DNA of 64,000 nucleotides from Octopus vulgaris. Its lineage: Eukaryota. The stretch covers positions 6,820,001 to 6,884,000 of the forward strand of contig OX597832.1 in NCBI GenBank assembly GCA_951406725.2, given 5' to 3'. Every line of letters begins with the position of its first letter. Position 1 is the stretch's first letter. The translations under genes and the position numbers were made by a program. Below, one piece after another: positions 1 through 45,036 of the stretch. Below the pieces are notes generated by a model. The model ran no database searches and was not told the origin of the DNA. It saw only the letters and a list, made by a program, of their open reading frames with translations.

Positions 1-239
1 CCAGCATGGAAAACAGATGTTAAATGATGATGATGATGATGACGTTGATGACGATGACTACGACAATGATGAAATAATTAAATAAAGAATGCTGATATAG
101 AGAAATAGGAAAAACAGTAATGAAGCTAATTTTGGATGTATTATCTATATTATATACCAAAAAAGATTTACTTTCATATATTTATAGAAATAAATATATC
201 CAGCTCCAGTGTTTGAGCCTCAGAAGAGGAGAGGTTAGT

Positions 240-660
240 AAAATATCCAAACTCTCTATCTTCAATGAAGTTTGCATGCCTAACCTCATCTATGGTCATG
301 AATGTTGGGTAATGACTAAAAGAGTAAGATTGTGATTTCAAGCACCCAAAATGGGGTTCTCTGGAGTAATATTAGTCAATAGGATGTGTAGCTTGGAGAT
401 TAAAGAGTTTCTCCAGATAGAGCCACCACTTTTCCACATTGAGTGATCACAGCTGCAGTACTACAGACATGTTATCAGAATGTCACAGGAAAAAATTGCA
501 AGATGGATTTTTCAAGCTGAGCTAAATGGCAAGAGGCCTAGAGCTAAACTAAGAATAAGATGTTTGGATAATATCCATAGTCTCAGTTGGTCATACTTGG
601 GAATCCAGCCAGAAAGTGTAATGACTGTTGACTGCAGTCTAATAACTGGAACAAGTAAAA
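240..660 (+). mobile_element. Degraded RTE-clade LINE 3' fragment
   Basis: KLSIF...PNLIYGHECWVMTKRVR and RWIFQAELNGKRPRAKLRIRCLDNI are RTE C-terminal motifs, with stops. Confidence 0.75.
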
Positions 661-1452
661 GATAAAAGATGCATTCATCATCAACATAATTTCAATGTCC
701 CCCTTTCCATGCTTGCATGAGTCAGATGGAATTCTGTGGAGCACATTTTCTACAGCCAGATGCCCTTCTTGTCATCAGCATTCACCTGTCCCAAAGCTAG
801 GTAATGTTTCTCTAAGATCATACATTTTTCCATGTGAGATTAGAAATGGTCTACCCCCAGGAGACCTAGGAATAGACCAAAATACCCACAGTCTCAATCA
901 GCTACACTCAGTAATTCAGTTGCAAAGGGTTTTAATAATGGTTGCTTCTGAAAGGGCCCTATGGAAGAGGTGCCTGAGGACTGTACCTCTATAACTTTCC
1001 CAAGAATAGTTGGCAAAGAAGATAGATGGATGGGCATATTTATAGAAATAAGGAATGTAGTCTTTGCTTAACACATTTTATGCTTTATTTTATTTGTTTC
1101 TTTCAAGGAATCCTAATATTTCTTAATGAATTATTAAGTTCACCTTACTTCTATTAATATGCTTTCATTTTACATTTTATCCAGTTTTAATTACACTTTA
1201 CTTTAAAATTTAGAGAAAATAATTACTTTTTACAGATGAGCAGACTTGGTCAAATTATGTTCAGTAGATCTATGGCAAGGGAGTAATTAATTAATCACTT
1301 AATACAAACTTGAAGTGTCAATGGCCATAATATAACTCATCATGTTTACACATTTTCTCCACTCTTCTTGCTTTCTAATATATAAGGCTTAATATTCCTA
1401 ACAATTTCAACAAAAATATTCCACCTCATGACTTTATGATAATATTCAATTA

Positions 1453-32950
<31,498 letters not shown>

Positions 32951-33349
32951 AATAGTTGTCAGTCAGAAAATAGTAAGTACAGTTATCATAAAATGTTGGT
33001 TCATTAGCAGGTCTTTCAAATTGATTGCTACTTTTCAACACATGTTCAAGTCTAGAATTCAAAAGAATTGTATAGTTATGATACCCAGGTTTTTACAAAA
33101 TTTGAAAATTATAATATTTTAGATGTTAAAAATTAAGTAGATCAGGAACATTAAAAATTAAAGACTTTGTAAAATTATTTTACTTTAGCTCAATGAAAAT
33201 ATTCTGCTTAGATAACTAAAAAAATATTTCTATAATAGTTTTTATTTATTTTAATTTTAAAAATTCATTTTGCTGGCATTGTCATCATCATTGACATTTT
33301 AACATCTGTTTTTAATGTTCAAATGGCTTAGATAGGAATTCATGTAGCA

Positions 33350-34440
33350 AGTAACCACTTGCCCTGGCTACATGTAATGTCCTGTGAAGCCCATTATCCT
33401 ACATGTTTCCCACATCTTCCTTTCCTAGAGGTATTTTCCAATGATATTGCTCGCTACCATTTTACACAAACCTTTCATCCATTTGCATCTAATGTTGATA
33501 CCATGACTGGGATCTCACTAACACACTATGAATAATGTTTTTCATCTCTAACAGCTGTCTCAGCTCACTTATGCTTTGTCTTTCATTGATGTTAAAATTT
33601 CCCTTCCAGCATGCCATTTCTCTCCATCTTCCGCAAACCTTCATTCAGTGCTTATGTCCCACCATTCTGTAGCATCACACTTCAATCACATTCTTCATAC
33701 TACCTTGTCTTTTACTTGAAAAGAGACAACTTTCGTTACAAATAGAAGCAACAGTTCCAGGCACTTCAACCTCTCTTACTTAGGCAATATTTTCACTACA
33801 ACACTTCAAATACTAATTAGATAATCTTCAAAACAGAAATTATAAATGTCTTATAAACCATCTGAGGAGTTCAGGGACACATTTTTATTGGTATGTTCTA
33901 CAACTGACTACCTACTGTGCATCTAACACATTTGAAGTCCTGTTTTACTGCCAGCTTGACAGAGAGCCCATAGAACTGTTGAACATCCTTATTTTCACTG
34001 AGTGTTTCATATTGAGTTCCTACCTATTCCTTTCCTACATATAAAGCAATTGTACTATGAAAACCAGAAGAGTTCAGGAAATAGAAACCTGATGAAAACC
34101 TGGATACTCATTATATCCTTCATTGAACTAGCTCACAAACCTAACTTTGCTACAGTCACCCTCATATATGACCTGCAAGGCTCTTCTCATACAGCATTCA
34201 TCTTTATTTAGTTTCTTTGGTGCTGAGATGAGTTGAGAGTGAGGGTCACTGTGAAAGGCCTTCTGTAGATCAATAAATGCAAAGTAGTGCAGTTTGTTCT
34301 CAAATAAAAGCTTCTTTTGTTGTTGTTGTATGTCTAGAAAATGGCATCTGCAACATAACACAATACTGAATTCAAGCAAAAATTACTAAAGCTCTCTCAG
34401 TAAATTTAAAGACTTGGTCCATCAGTGGTCTCCGTAACTG
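33350..34440 (-). mobile_element. Heavily degraded RTE LINE
   Basis: KLHYFAFIDLQKAF motif and RTE C-terminal remnants. Confidence 0.65.
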
Positions 34441-34979
34441 CAGGTCTTCTTTTACTTGTTTCAATCACTGGACTGCAGTCATGCTCCAGTACCGCTTTTA
34501 GTCACATAGGTCAAACCCCACCACTGGTACTTTTTAAATTTGGTTCTAATTTCATCAGTCTGCTTTGATGAACAGCTAAGTTACAGGGATGTAAATGGCT
34601 CAATACCAGTGCTCAAGTAATGGGGGAGGGGTGCAAACACAGATACAAAGATAAACATGAAAACACACACACATAGATATATACAATGAGCTTCCTCACA
34701 GTTTTCACTGACCAGATCCACTCATAAGGCATGGGTCGGACTGGGGCTATGGTGTCATGCAGTGAAACCACATGGTTGCAGAGTGAGCTTCTTAACCGCA
34801 CACTGCTTCCAAGACTCATATGGTTATTGACACTATATGAGATTCCAATGACAAGCATGGAAAGGGTGGAGAGGAAGGTAAATAAATATCACTGAAGGTG
34901 GTTAGGTATGCCACAAGCTTCACTTCAATAAGCATAACAACTAGACAGCTACAACTCACCCTGTCATCCATAGCAGAAG

Positions 34980-35720
34980 AATTCAAAAAGTCACAAAATG
35001 TAAAGTTCTAATGATGTACAGGAACTTGCAGGATGAGCTCGTCAGACATGTAGGTATTACAATAAGGGCCAGGCGAAAGTGGGTAGCTAGCACCAAAGTC
35101 CCTCTGGCTGAAGGCAAGCTGGAGCTACATAACATCATTGGAGTTACATGCAGAGGTCACATGTAGGTTTTCAGTTCTTTCCGTTTCCAACAATGGTAGA
35201 AGGCAGACATGAGGGAAGGGGGGGTGCGTGATCCAGGCAGAAGTATAGAACCAGGAGGAAGAAAGGTCAAGAGCTGTGGAGCTGGTGTCTCAGGATGCCT
35301 GGATTAAATGGGACCTCCCTAAGATCACATGAACAAACCTGTGGAAACTGGAACCTTTCTGCATCTCGTTCCTGCTGCAGATGGTGTATGACACACTCCC
35401 AGCACCAACAAACCTGCACAAGTGAGGTTTGAGGGAAAACCAGCTGTGTAGGCTTTACATAGAAAGGGGCATGCTGGTACACATCTTACCAGGGTGCAGA
35501 ATAGAACTTTTTCAAAGAAGATATAAGTAGCACCATGGTAGAGTGCTTGCAACACTCACTTACATCCTGAAGTAGGAGTGGCTCAAGAAACACCATTGTT
35601 AAGTTCAAAGAATTCATGAAAAAGGAGAGAGGCCAATCATAGCTTATGAAAGTGGGCCTAGGAGAGAGACTGCAGTTTCCCCAAGTTGTCCATACAACAC
35701 TGAGGCCAGATGTGGTTGTA
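34980..35720 (+). mobile_element. Non-LTR retrotransposon remnant with zinc knuckle and restriction-like endonuclease (Hero/NeSL-like)
   Basis: Degraded VYDTLPAPTNLHK.GL....C......H.L.......RY...H..VL and TTLRPDVV motifs. Confidence 0.6.
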
Positions 35721-35929
35721 GGGGAAAACAGCAGCTGAAACAGTTGCCATGCCTCAAACTGCTTACAACAATGCTGCCATAAGCAAAACACAAGTTTACA
35801 AGTAGTTTTCATGCTTTAGGAATTGTTATTAGTTGCTTGAAGACCAATCTCATTCAAGGTAACTGTTGACCTCTTGAATGAATGAAAACATAACAAAAAT
35901 TCATGAACTGATCTTGGAGGATTGTTGCT

Positions 35930-37048
35930 GGACAATTGATGAACTTGTTGATATGACTGATGTATCCTGGAGCTCCTGCCAATGAATTTTGAGCCAAGAA
36001 TTGTGAATGAAAAAAGTTGCAGCAAAACTTGTGCCTCGCTTGCTCACAGAAGATCAAAAGCATTCACGACTGAATGAGTGTCATGAACTGAAAGAATAGC
36101 TGGAAGTTGATCTGGACCTTTTTTCGAAGGTCATTACTGGTGGCAAAAGCTGGTGCTATGGCTACAACCTGGAAATGAAATATCAATCAAGTTAATGGAA
36201 GCATTCAATGTCACCATGCCCCCCAAAAAGCATGTCAAGTGAAGTCCAATGTCAAGATGATGATTTGTTTCATCGATGCAAAAGGAATTGTCCAGTGATA
36301 AAGTGGAATGGGGTGGTTTCATCATGACAATGTGCGTGCGCCCACCGCCTTGAGTGTGAGACATGGCATGACCCCCACTTACCCACCCTCCTTATTCACC
36401 CGGTTTTGCTCACTGCGAAATTTTTTTGTTCCACCGAATGAAAAAGTCCTTAGAGGAAAATGTTTTGCAGATACTCTTTACTCTTTTACCTGTTTCAGTC
36501 ATTTGACTGCGGCCATGCTGGAGCACCGCCTTTAGTCGAGCAAATCGACCCCGGGACTTATTCTTTCGTAAGCCCAGTACTTATTCTACCGGTCTCTTTT
36601 GCCGAACCGCTAAGTAACGGGGACATAAACACACCAGCATCAGTTGTCAAGCAATGCTAGGGGGACAAACACAGACACACATACATATATATATATATGA
36701 CAGGCTTCTTTCAGTTTCTGTCCACCAAATCCACTCATAAGGCATTGGTTGGCCCGGGGCTATAGCAGAAGACACTTGCCCAAGATGCCACGCAGTGGGA
36801 CTGAACCCGGAACCATGTGGTTGGTTAGCAAGCTACTTACCACACAGCCACTCCTACGCCTATGTGGAAGAGAAGGAAAAAAATGACAGACGTTAAATGG
36901 CATCAGGACTGCTTCAAACAGTGGAAAACGCATCTGGACTGATGCATTGCTTCAAATGGAGAATACTTTGAAGGCAGTAAAAGTATAAACATATAAAACT
37001 AAGCGAATAAAATAATAGTGCAAAATTCTGGTTTCTTCTGGGTCCCCC
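35930..37048 (+). mobile_element. Mariner transposase remnant interrupted by a family A SINE
   Basis: KKVAAKLVPRLLTEDQK, FSKVITG..SWCYGY, WFHHDN, PPYSP, QDCFKQWK...CIASNGEYFEG. Confidence 0.88.
36473..36862 (-). mobile_element. SINE family A nested in the mariner
   Basis: Full-length copy splitting the codons FAD|VEE of the transposase. Confidence 0.9.
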
Positions 37049-37480
37049 CGGATCTTTTCAGTTTGAGCGGCAGTTTTTTCTAGTGGTGTCATAGGAAATT
37101 GTCACCCATAATTATGACCCTAATATCGATCTATTGCATTTCAATATGTTTTAGGGTTAGGATTTGAGTTAGGGCTAGGGATGGGGGAAAGGGTATTTTT
37201 TTTTCTTCAGAAATGTAAATAAACCCAATCTGTTTCTTAAACGAGGGACATATTCATACGGCACATAATGTTTTCACCTGAATAGACGTCATTGATTGGT
37301 TGAAATTGCAGAAATTGAAGAAAAAAAAACAGCAAATATCTTACAAACTATAGAATTTTCTCAATAAAGCCAAGAGAAAAAGATGTTTTATAAACACATT
37401 CTACCAGTATATGAAGTTTAAAAGTGTTTAGTTACGTGGAAATTATTTTAAAAAACTGACGGTCAAACCGAAAAGATCCG
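37049..37480. mobile_element. MITE with ~31-bp TIRs and internal telomere-like repeats
   Basis: CGGATCTTTTCAGTTTGAGCGGCAGTTTTTT versus reverse complement of the right end CGGATCTTTTCGGTTTGACCGTCAGTTTTTT (3 mismatches). Confidence 0.85.
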
Positions 37481-37679
37481 TCCCTGCTCCTATATACATA
37501 CGACGGATTTTTTTTCAGATTCCATCCATCAAATCCTTTTCACGGGGTTTTGATTATCCTAGGAGCATGGTAGATGACACTTGCCCAAGATATCATGCTG
37601 TAGGACTGAAACATAACCATGTGGTTGGGAAGCAAACTTCTTATCATACAGCCATGTCTAACTTTTAACAATATATCTC

Positions 37680-37970
37680 TATATATAAATCTTTATATAT
37701 AAAAGTCAAGTTGTGTGTCTGTCTCCTACGATTTAGATTCCTAACTACTCCCCCTTTTTACGGTGCAGTTTAACCAAAACCGGGTATCTTATAATCGTGA
37801 TTCATATCGAGCCCTTCTGGGTATTAGCGCACGTCTACGATGAGTCTACGATTTAAAAAAAAATTACCATCATTTTTTTCCATTTTAATGCATTTTTTTC
37901 GCTATTATATAAGGGAAGTAACTCTCTAAAAATGTCTACGATGAGTCAACGATTTTTAAAAAAATTTATA
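37680..37970 (+). mobile_element. Helitron-like 5' fragment
   Basis: tc-tatatataaaa...gtgtgtctgtct start; internal repeat gtctacgatgagtc x2. Confidence 0.5.
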
Positions 37971-38199
37971 AAAGAAACAAACTTCCTCGGCTTTAACAAT
38001 GTTTGTTTGCGTGTTTGCGCGCGCGAATGTATGTGTCTGCGTATGTGTGTATAAATGTGAGTATGAATATGTATGAATGTGTGAGTGTGTGTGTGTATAT
38101 GAATGTGTGTGCCGGTGAATGTGTGCTAATGTTGCTATCGTCTGCTAAAAATATTTCAGAAATGGAAGACATTTGAAATTCCAAATACGCATGTATCGC

Positions 38200-39300
38200 G
38201 TATGTTGTTCCTACCCATTTATGGTATAAAATAAAAATTAGATATAATTCAAAGAGTAACCATAACAATAACAAACAATATATCGTTATATTTTCTATTT
38301 GTAGATTAGAAGAAAAAGTAAGTAGCTCACTTCATCCGTTAGCTATACTGTTAGACCAACACAAGTGACCCACCGACTTTATTTACTTATAACTTTCAAA
38401 AAAAATTTATGCTTTTAATAAAATTTATGTTTTTAATAAAATTTTCCTCAAATTTTCCTCAAACGTTAGCACGCCGGGCTAAATGCTTTGTGGTATTTCG
38501 TCCGCCGCTGCATTCTGAGTTCAAATTCCGCTGAGGTCGACTTTACCTTTCATCCTTTCGGGGTCGATAAATTAAGTACCAGTGACGCACTGAGGTCGAT
38601 GTAATCGACTTAATTCGTTTGTCTGTACTTGTTTGTCCTCTCTATGTTTAGCCCCTTGTGGGTAGTAAAGAAATAGGTATATAAGATGATGTGGTCAGGG
38701 CTGGAAGGCTTTTGATCAATAGACCTGCTCGATCAGAACTGGTCAAGAAATATCAATAACAACAAGCCAAAGATGTAAACCTATTTTGATTATTTGCCAG
38801 TTTATCTTCCCCAGATTTTCTATGAAACGTTTTTATGTCTTTCCTCTAGAGATTAAAAATAAAATCCTTTTTTAAATCTTGATTTCTTTTAAACTTAACA
38901 TTATGTGATCATTTATCATCGCATCTAACTCTTGTCTTTCATATGTGCTGTCATGCAAGAATCCATAATGAAATAATTAGTAAAATTGGTGAAACATTAT
39001 TATCTGAAAAATCCTGCAGAGAAACGAAAATAAAAGGGCAATCAGTGTATAAATGTTATTGAAATCGTTCGCCAACATTTTAGAATCATTGAAAATTTAC
39101 ATAAATGCTCAAACCTGGTTCGCGATTGTTAGAATGATGCAACTTGTTTACGGGATTCCTTTCAATCGTCTGCTTCTAATTGGTTCAGAAATGGAAAAGA
39201 AGTTTTGAAACACGCCCGCACATGTACGCACACACACGCGACCGCACGCAAACACACACATTCATACGCAATCACGCATCTTTTGTAACTAGTTTCTGTC
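38200..39300 (-). promoter_or_regulatory. Candidate SHOC1 promoter / first exon region
   Basis: CpG locally retained in non-repeat DNA, CCAAT box on the minus strand near 39180, minus-strand donor GAA|GTGAGC at 38331/38330, upstream of the exon with acceptor at 33051. Confidence 0.35.
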
Positions 39301-39498
39301 TTTGGACTGCGGCAATGCTGGAGCACCAACTGGACGAGTTAAATCAAGCAAATCGCCTCGAGTACTCTTAATTTTTTTAGCTGATACTTTTTCGGTCAGT
39401 CTGTTTCAGCCGAACTGCTAAGTTACGGGGTTGTAAATAAACCTATACCGGTTGCCAAACAGTGGTGCTGGACAAAACACGCACACGTACGCGCGCAC

Positions 39499-39534
<36 letters not shown>

Positions 39535-40016
39535 ACACACACACACACACATACACACACATACACACACACACACACGTACTTCCATTGTCTTTCATGT
39601 CCATGAGCAAGTTGAACAGAGAAACACTCAAACACACATTCACACACACACTCACTCATGCACACATACACATACGTATGCATATACATACATAAATACA
39701 CATACATACTTTATATTTTCAAGAATTACTTACGTTTATGCATTTTTTGTGTATGTATGTGTATGTATGTATGTACATTTGTGTATGTAAGTATATTTAT
39801 GCATGTGTTTATGAGCTTGCATGCATATTTGTGTATGTATGAATAGGTCTATGTAAGAGCTGAAAAAATATTAAAGAAATGTAAAATTTTTGCAGAAATT
39901 ACTGAATAGTTTCATTTTGGTGATACTATCTCCAAAGTATAGCCATGTGGCCACGTGTGTACCGTTGGCGATTTTTTTTCCTCCGTCTTCCCTTCTCTGG
40001 ATCTTTCCTTTTCCTA

Positions 40017-40052
40017 TGTTTCTGACGAAGAGCTCCGCTCAAAATGTTAAAC
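40017..40052 (+). ncRNA. Degenerate minimal hammerhead ribozyme (Penelope pseudo-LTR type)
   Basis: GTTT-CTGACGA-A-GAG ctccg CTC-AAAA-TGTT-AAAC. Core CUGANGA, stem II and stem I are present; the expected cGAAAcg appears as cAAAAtg, consistent with CpG decay. Confidence 0.55.
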
Positions 40053-40221
40053 CCTCCTTCTTCCCTTCCTTCCTGAGCGTCCAATAATACTATATTTGTT
40101 CCACATCCTCGCGTTGTTGTGTTTTCTCTTTGCGTTTTCATGTTTAGATTAACTTTATATATAATTATATATATCAAGTCATTAAGAATGAAATGTCTGA
40201 CTTTGAACTGAAAGGTTATTT

Positions 40222-41690
40222 TACTTTTGAGAGAAAAGTTGGGCATAAGAGGAATCAACTGTAGCATGCAAGAGAGAAGACTACATTGGTTTGGACATGT
40301 GATGTGTATGAATGAGGACAACTACATAAAGAAGTGCTGATCACTGAAATTGGATGGTACCCACAGAAGAGGGAGACCTAAGAAGATATGGGATGAAGTG
40401 GTAAGGACCAATTTCAGGATGTTGAGCTTCATGGAGGAAATGACAATGGACCAAGGTGTCTGGCGATATAAAGTTCTTGAGAAGACCTGCCCACATCAGC
40501 GAAACTGAGTTCTAGAAGCATTGTGTGTCCCACCCATACTTAACAAGAAAACTTCTCATACATTCTACCACAACAAACCAAACCATGTCTCTACATCTCT
40601 TCTCTTCCTTACATTTCCCCTTTGTGCACTATGCTTACCTCCCACTCCCCAATTCTGTCCTCTTGGTCCAATGCCACGGTATCATTTCTCCCCACTAACC
40701 CCCAAACTCTGTTTTCCACCCACCTGACCTGTGTGCTCACCCTACATGTAACAAGAAAACTTTTCACTCACACTACCCCAACAGACCAATTTACATTTCC
40801 ACATCTCTTCTCTTCATCACATTTCCTCCTTCATACACTATGCCTAGCTCTCACTACCCAATCTTGTCCTCATGGCCCTGTTCCTTAGTATCATTGCTAT
40901 CCAGTAGCCCCCAGACTATATTTACTCAGGTTTTCATCTCTCATTTACTCCTCCAAACACTTTAATCACACCACACTTCCTTCACAATATCCTGCCACTT
41001 ATATTATGGCATTTGAACCTCAAGGGTATGCCCTGACACTTGCCACCATCTATATCTCTCTTTTCCTTTACTCAACCATCCCATTTATATTCTGATCCCC
41101 ATCCCTTGCAAGTATGCCCAGCATTTTGCCACCATCTCTATCCTGCTGTCTCCCACTCTCTCTCTCTCTCTCCTTCTCCTGCACTTCCATCAGGTTGGGT
41201 AATCATGTATTTCTTTTGCGGTAGCACACCTGTTTCTGTATTCATTCATTCCTCTACAGCAAGACACCTGTTTCTGTCTCTCTCCGTCTCACAATAACCA
41301 TTCATCATCTGACACAAGATCACCTCCTCCAATTCCCCGCTCCCCTCTTGAAAGTTTTTTTTTTGTCTTGCAAGTACTTGGTGACCCTGTCAGTGTAGGT
41401 GTCACTTAAAAGCACCCAGTCCACACATAAAGTGGTTGGTGTTCAGAAGGGCATCCAGCTGTAATAATCTTGTCAAAATTGACCTCGCCTGTGCTTGTGC
41501 CACACAAAAAGCACTAAGTCCACTCTGCTGACTAGTTGGTGTTAGGAATGGCATCCAGATATAAAAATTCTGCCAAAACAGTCATAGAAGTCTAGTACAG
41601 GCTTCTGCCTGGCCAGCTTTTGTGGAACCGTCCTACCCATGCTAGCATGGAAGGTAGACGATAAACGATGATGATGATGATGATGATTGC
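40222..41690 (+). mobile_element. RTE 3' end, long CT-rich UTR and (GAT)n tail
   Basis: LREKLGIRGI...RRLHWFGHV..MNED...RGRPKKIWDEVV. Confidence 0.8.
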
Positions 41691-41699
41691 AACAAAAAG

Positions 41700-42350
41700 C
41701 AATGAAATTAATCAAAGTTTACACCTAAATTATCAAAGCAATTTTGCCATTTTATCAGTAGCTTATTTATGCCGGCAGCAAAGAATTCTGGAGAGCAAGA
41801 GGTGATGAAATCACAAAAGGCTGTTTTTGCATCTTCTTCAGATTTGAAGTTTTTTCCTTGCGAAAAGTTGTCTAATGCCTGGAAAACATGATAGTCAGTT
41901 GGTGCAAGTCTGGTGAATAAGGTGGATGACAAAGTACTTCCAAGTCCAGTCCCTGTAACTTGAGTAGCATTGTTTGTGCAACATGTGGTCAAGCATTATC
42001 TCGCAAGAAAATTGGCCTGCCCCTATTGACCAAGCTCAGTTGTTTAATTGCAAGTTCACTCATCATTTCATCGATTTGGTTGATGTACACATCCGTTGCA
42101 ACTGATTTACCAGGTCTCATGAAGCTGTAGTGAATGACATCAGTGCTGGACCACCAAACAGACACCAATAGCTTTTTTTGGTGAATATTCTTTTTGGATT
42201 GTGTTTTGGCACTTCGTTTCTATCCAGCCACCATGCAGAATACTTGCTATTGTTGAAAAGAATCGATTTTTCCTCACATGTAACAATACAATGTGAAAAT
42301 GGTTTGCTTTTATGTTGTGACAGCAAAGAACAACAAGTTATAAGATGACA
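41700..42350 (-). mobile_element. Second mariner transposase remnant (Hsmar1/cecropia-like)
   Basis: IVTCEEKSILFNN (~TCDEKW), LAPTDYHVFQALDNF..GK.F...FF..GI.KL..KWQNC....G..FD. Confidence 0.88.
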
Positions 42351-43164
42351 TGTTATTTCATGCTGGTTCAGTTCGTGTGGTACTCACTTGTCCAGCTTCT
42401 TCATATGGTTGGGAAGCAATTTTCTTAACCGCACAGCCATGTCTGCACTTATACTTGCATATTCAAAATAAATTCTGTCCATCAAATACTATTAAAGTAT
42501 TGTTATTAAATATTTGGTGCATTGGTGTACTAGAGAAGGCACGCCCACAACAGAATGAGATCCTAAAACCAAGGTGTCATGCATATATATGTATATATAT
42601 GTATATATATATGTATGTATATATGTATATCTTTATCTCTTATTTGTTTCAGTCATTTGACTGTGGCCATGCTGGGGCATGACCTTGAAGAATTTTTTTT
42701 TTAGTCAAACAAATCAACCCCAGTACTTACTTTTTTAAAACCTGGTACTTATTCTGTCAGTCTCTTTTGCCGAATCATTAAGTTATGGGGACATTAATAC
42801 AAGTGGTGGTGAGGGACAAACACAGGCACAACTTTTGCCCCCATATATATATACAACGGGCCTCTTTCATTTTCTGTCTATCAAATCCTCTCACAAGGCT
42901 TTGGTCAACCTGAGGCTATGGTAGAAGACATTTGCTCAAGGTGCCATGCAGTCGGATTGAACCTGGAGCTGTGAGGTTGGAAAGGAAACATCTTCCCATA
43001 CAGCCATGCCTGCAACTGTATACACACAAACACACATGCACACTTTGATTTTGTATCTGGTTTGCAAGATTCCTCATGTGAATTCTTGTGTTGAAACAAA
43101 TTTTGCTGTGTCTGGGAGAGGCATAGTGCCTTAATATAGTACAGTGTTCTTACTCGACAGAGTG

Positions 43165-44082
43165 AAAGTACCTTGAGAGAAAAGTTGGACCTAAGAAGCA
43201 TCAGTTGTGGTGTGCAAGAGAGATGTTTGTGCTGGTATGGTCATGTGACGAGAATGGATGAAGATAGTTGTGTGAAAAAGTGCCACACCCTTGCAGTTGA
43301 GGGAACCTGTGGAAGAGGTAGACCCAGGAAAACCTGGGACAAGGTGATGAAGCACAACCTTTGGACTTTAGGTCTCACCGAGGAAATGACTAGAGACCGA
43401 GACCTATGGAAGTATGCTGTGCGTGAGAAGACCTGGCAGGACAAGTGAGACCATAACCCATGGCCTCTACCTGGGATGTAGCCAGTCCATTTATGCATAC
43501 CTTTCCTTCTGGGGACACAAAACCCTACTTGTGAAGACCTGTTGAGGCAAGTGAGAATCAGAATCAAAATCGAAATCAATCAACATCAATGGAAATTGTA
43601 GCTCTGATAACAGTGCCAGTGGCACGTAAGCGAACCATCTGAATGTGGCCATTGCCAGCGCTGCCCCAACGGGCCTCTGTGCCGGTGGCACATAAAAAAG
43701 CACCATCCGATTGTGGCCGTTGCTAGCCTCATCTGGCCCCCATGCCAGTGGTACGTAAAAAGCACCATCCGATCGTGGTCATTGCCAGCCTCGCCTGGCC
43801 CCCGTGCCGGTGGCACATGAAAAGCACAATCCGATCGTGGCTGTTGCTGTTTCACCTGGCCCCTGTGCCGGTGGCACATAAAAAGCACCATCTGACCATG
43901 GCCGTTTGCCAGCCTGGCACCTGTGCTGGTAGCACGTAAAAAGTAGCCACTACACTCACGGAGTGGTTGGTGTTAGGAAGGGCATCCAGCTATAGAAACA
44001 TTGCCAGATCAGACCCCAGTTGAACCGTCCAACCCATGCTAGCATGGAAAGCGGACGCTAAATGATGATGATGATGATGATT
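43165..44082 (+). mobile_element. RTE LINE 3' end with 6-unit tandem repeat and (GAT)n tail
   Basis: LREKLDLRSI...WYGHVTRMDEDSCVKKC...GRGRPRKTW...TRDRDLWKYAVREKT. Confidence 0.92.
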
Positions 44083-45036
44083 TATTCCAGAAAGCTTTTT
44101 TGTCACTGCATATAGTTTCATTGAAGCTGAATAACTTCTCACAAAATGTTTCTCAGCTTCAATATATTTTACTCAAGCTTGGGCATTCAAGTACTATATT
44201 ACTCACCTTATGAACACAATGCTTCCATCTGGTTCAGGAGTCACAATGATCTTCTGAGCAACACTTAAATCACAAAGCCACACATCTTCACAATATCACT
44301 AAATCCAAGTTAATGTTTCCCTTATGGGGTTTCAGAATAAGCACACACCCCACCGCCGCCGCCACCACCACCACCATTACTTTTCAAATTTTATGAAGTG
44401 AAGAATAAAATCCTATGAACATCTTTTTCCTGAAATCTCAATTAAATTTTTTTTTTATGGCTGTTAACCCCTTACTTTCTTTGTTTTTGAATATGTAACT
44501 AATTGTATCTTTTCCATTTTGTCCTTATTTTCAAATTCTAAACATAGGAGGTTAAAAAATTCCCAGATTTAATCTCCATTTCAAATTCTGAAACTGGCTG
44601 TAACTTTATGATTTTTTTTTATTTTATATAAATGTTTTGAGGTTTTTTTCTGAATAATGTATGCTTTGAATGTAGATTATAATTCTGAAAATAGTAGATA
44701 AATAAATAAATAAAATAAAATCACAAATCAATTTTCCATGACACATTATTGCTAACTCTGAAATTCCATCATTCCTTTGATGCAAGCACTTAATTTTGTG
44801 ACAGATGTCTATGATTAAAAGGACTTTAGTTAGAATCAACAATCGTATTTTTTTGTTAGGTCACAAGTCATCAATTTATAATTGTTCATATTTGATTGAC
44901 AAATTTTAAACAGATCATAAAATTTGTCACATATTAAATCTGTCAATAATTTTTTAACACTTGTCTTGATTCTAAATTTACTCATCATTTACCTTTAAAA
45001 AAGCAAAAACAAATAAAATTGACCATCCTCTCTTAT

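Noticed and set aside
43613-43948. CRISPR-like repeat/spacer appearance
   Set aside because: The 'spacers' are homologous to each other, the array lies in a LINE 3' UTR in a eukaryote, and there are no cas genes.
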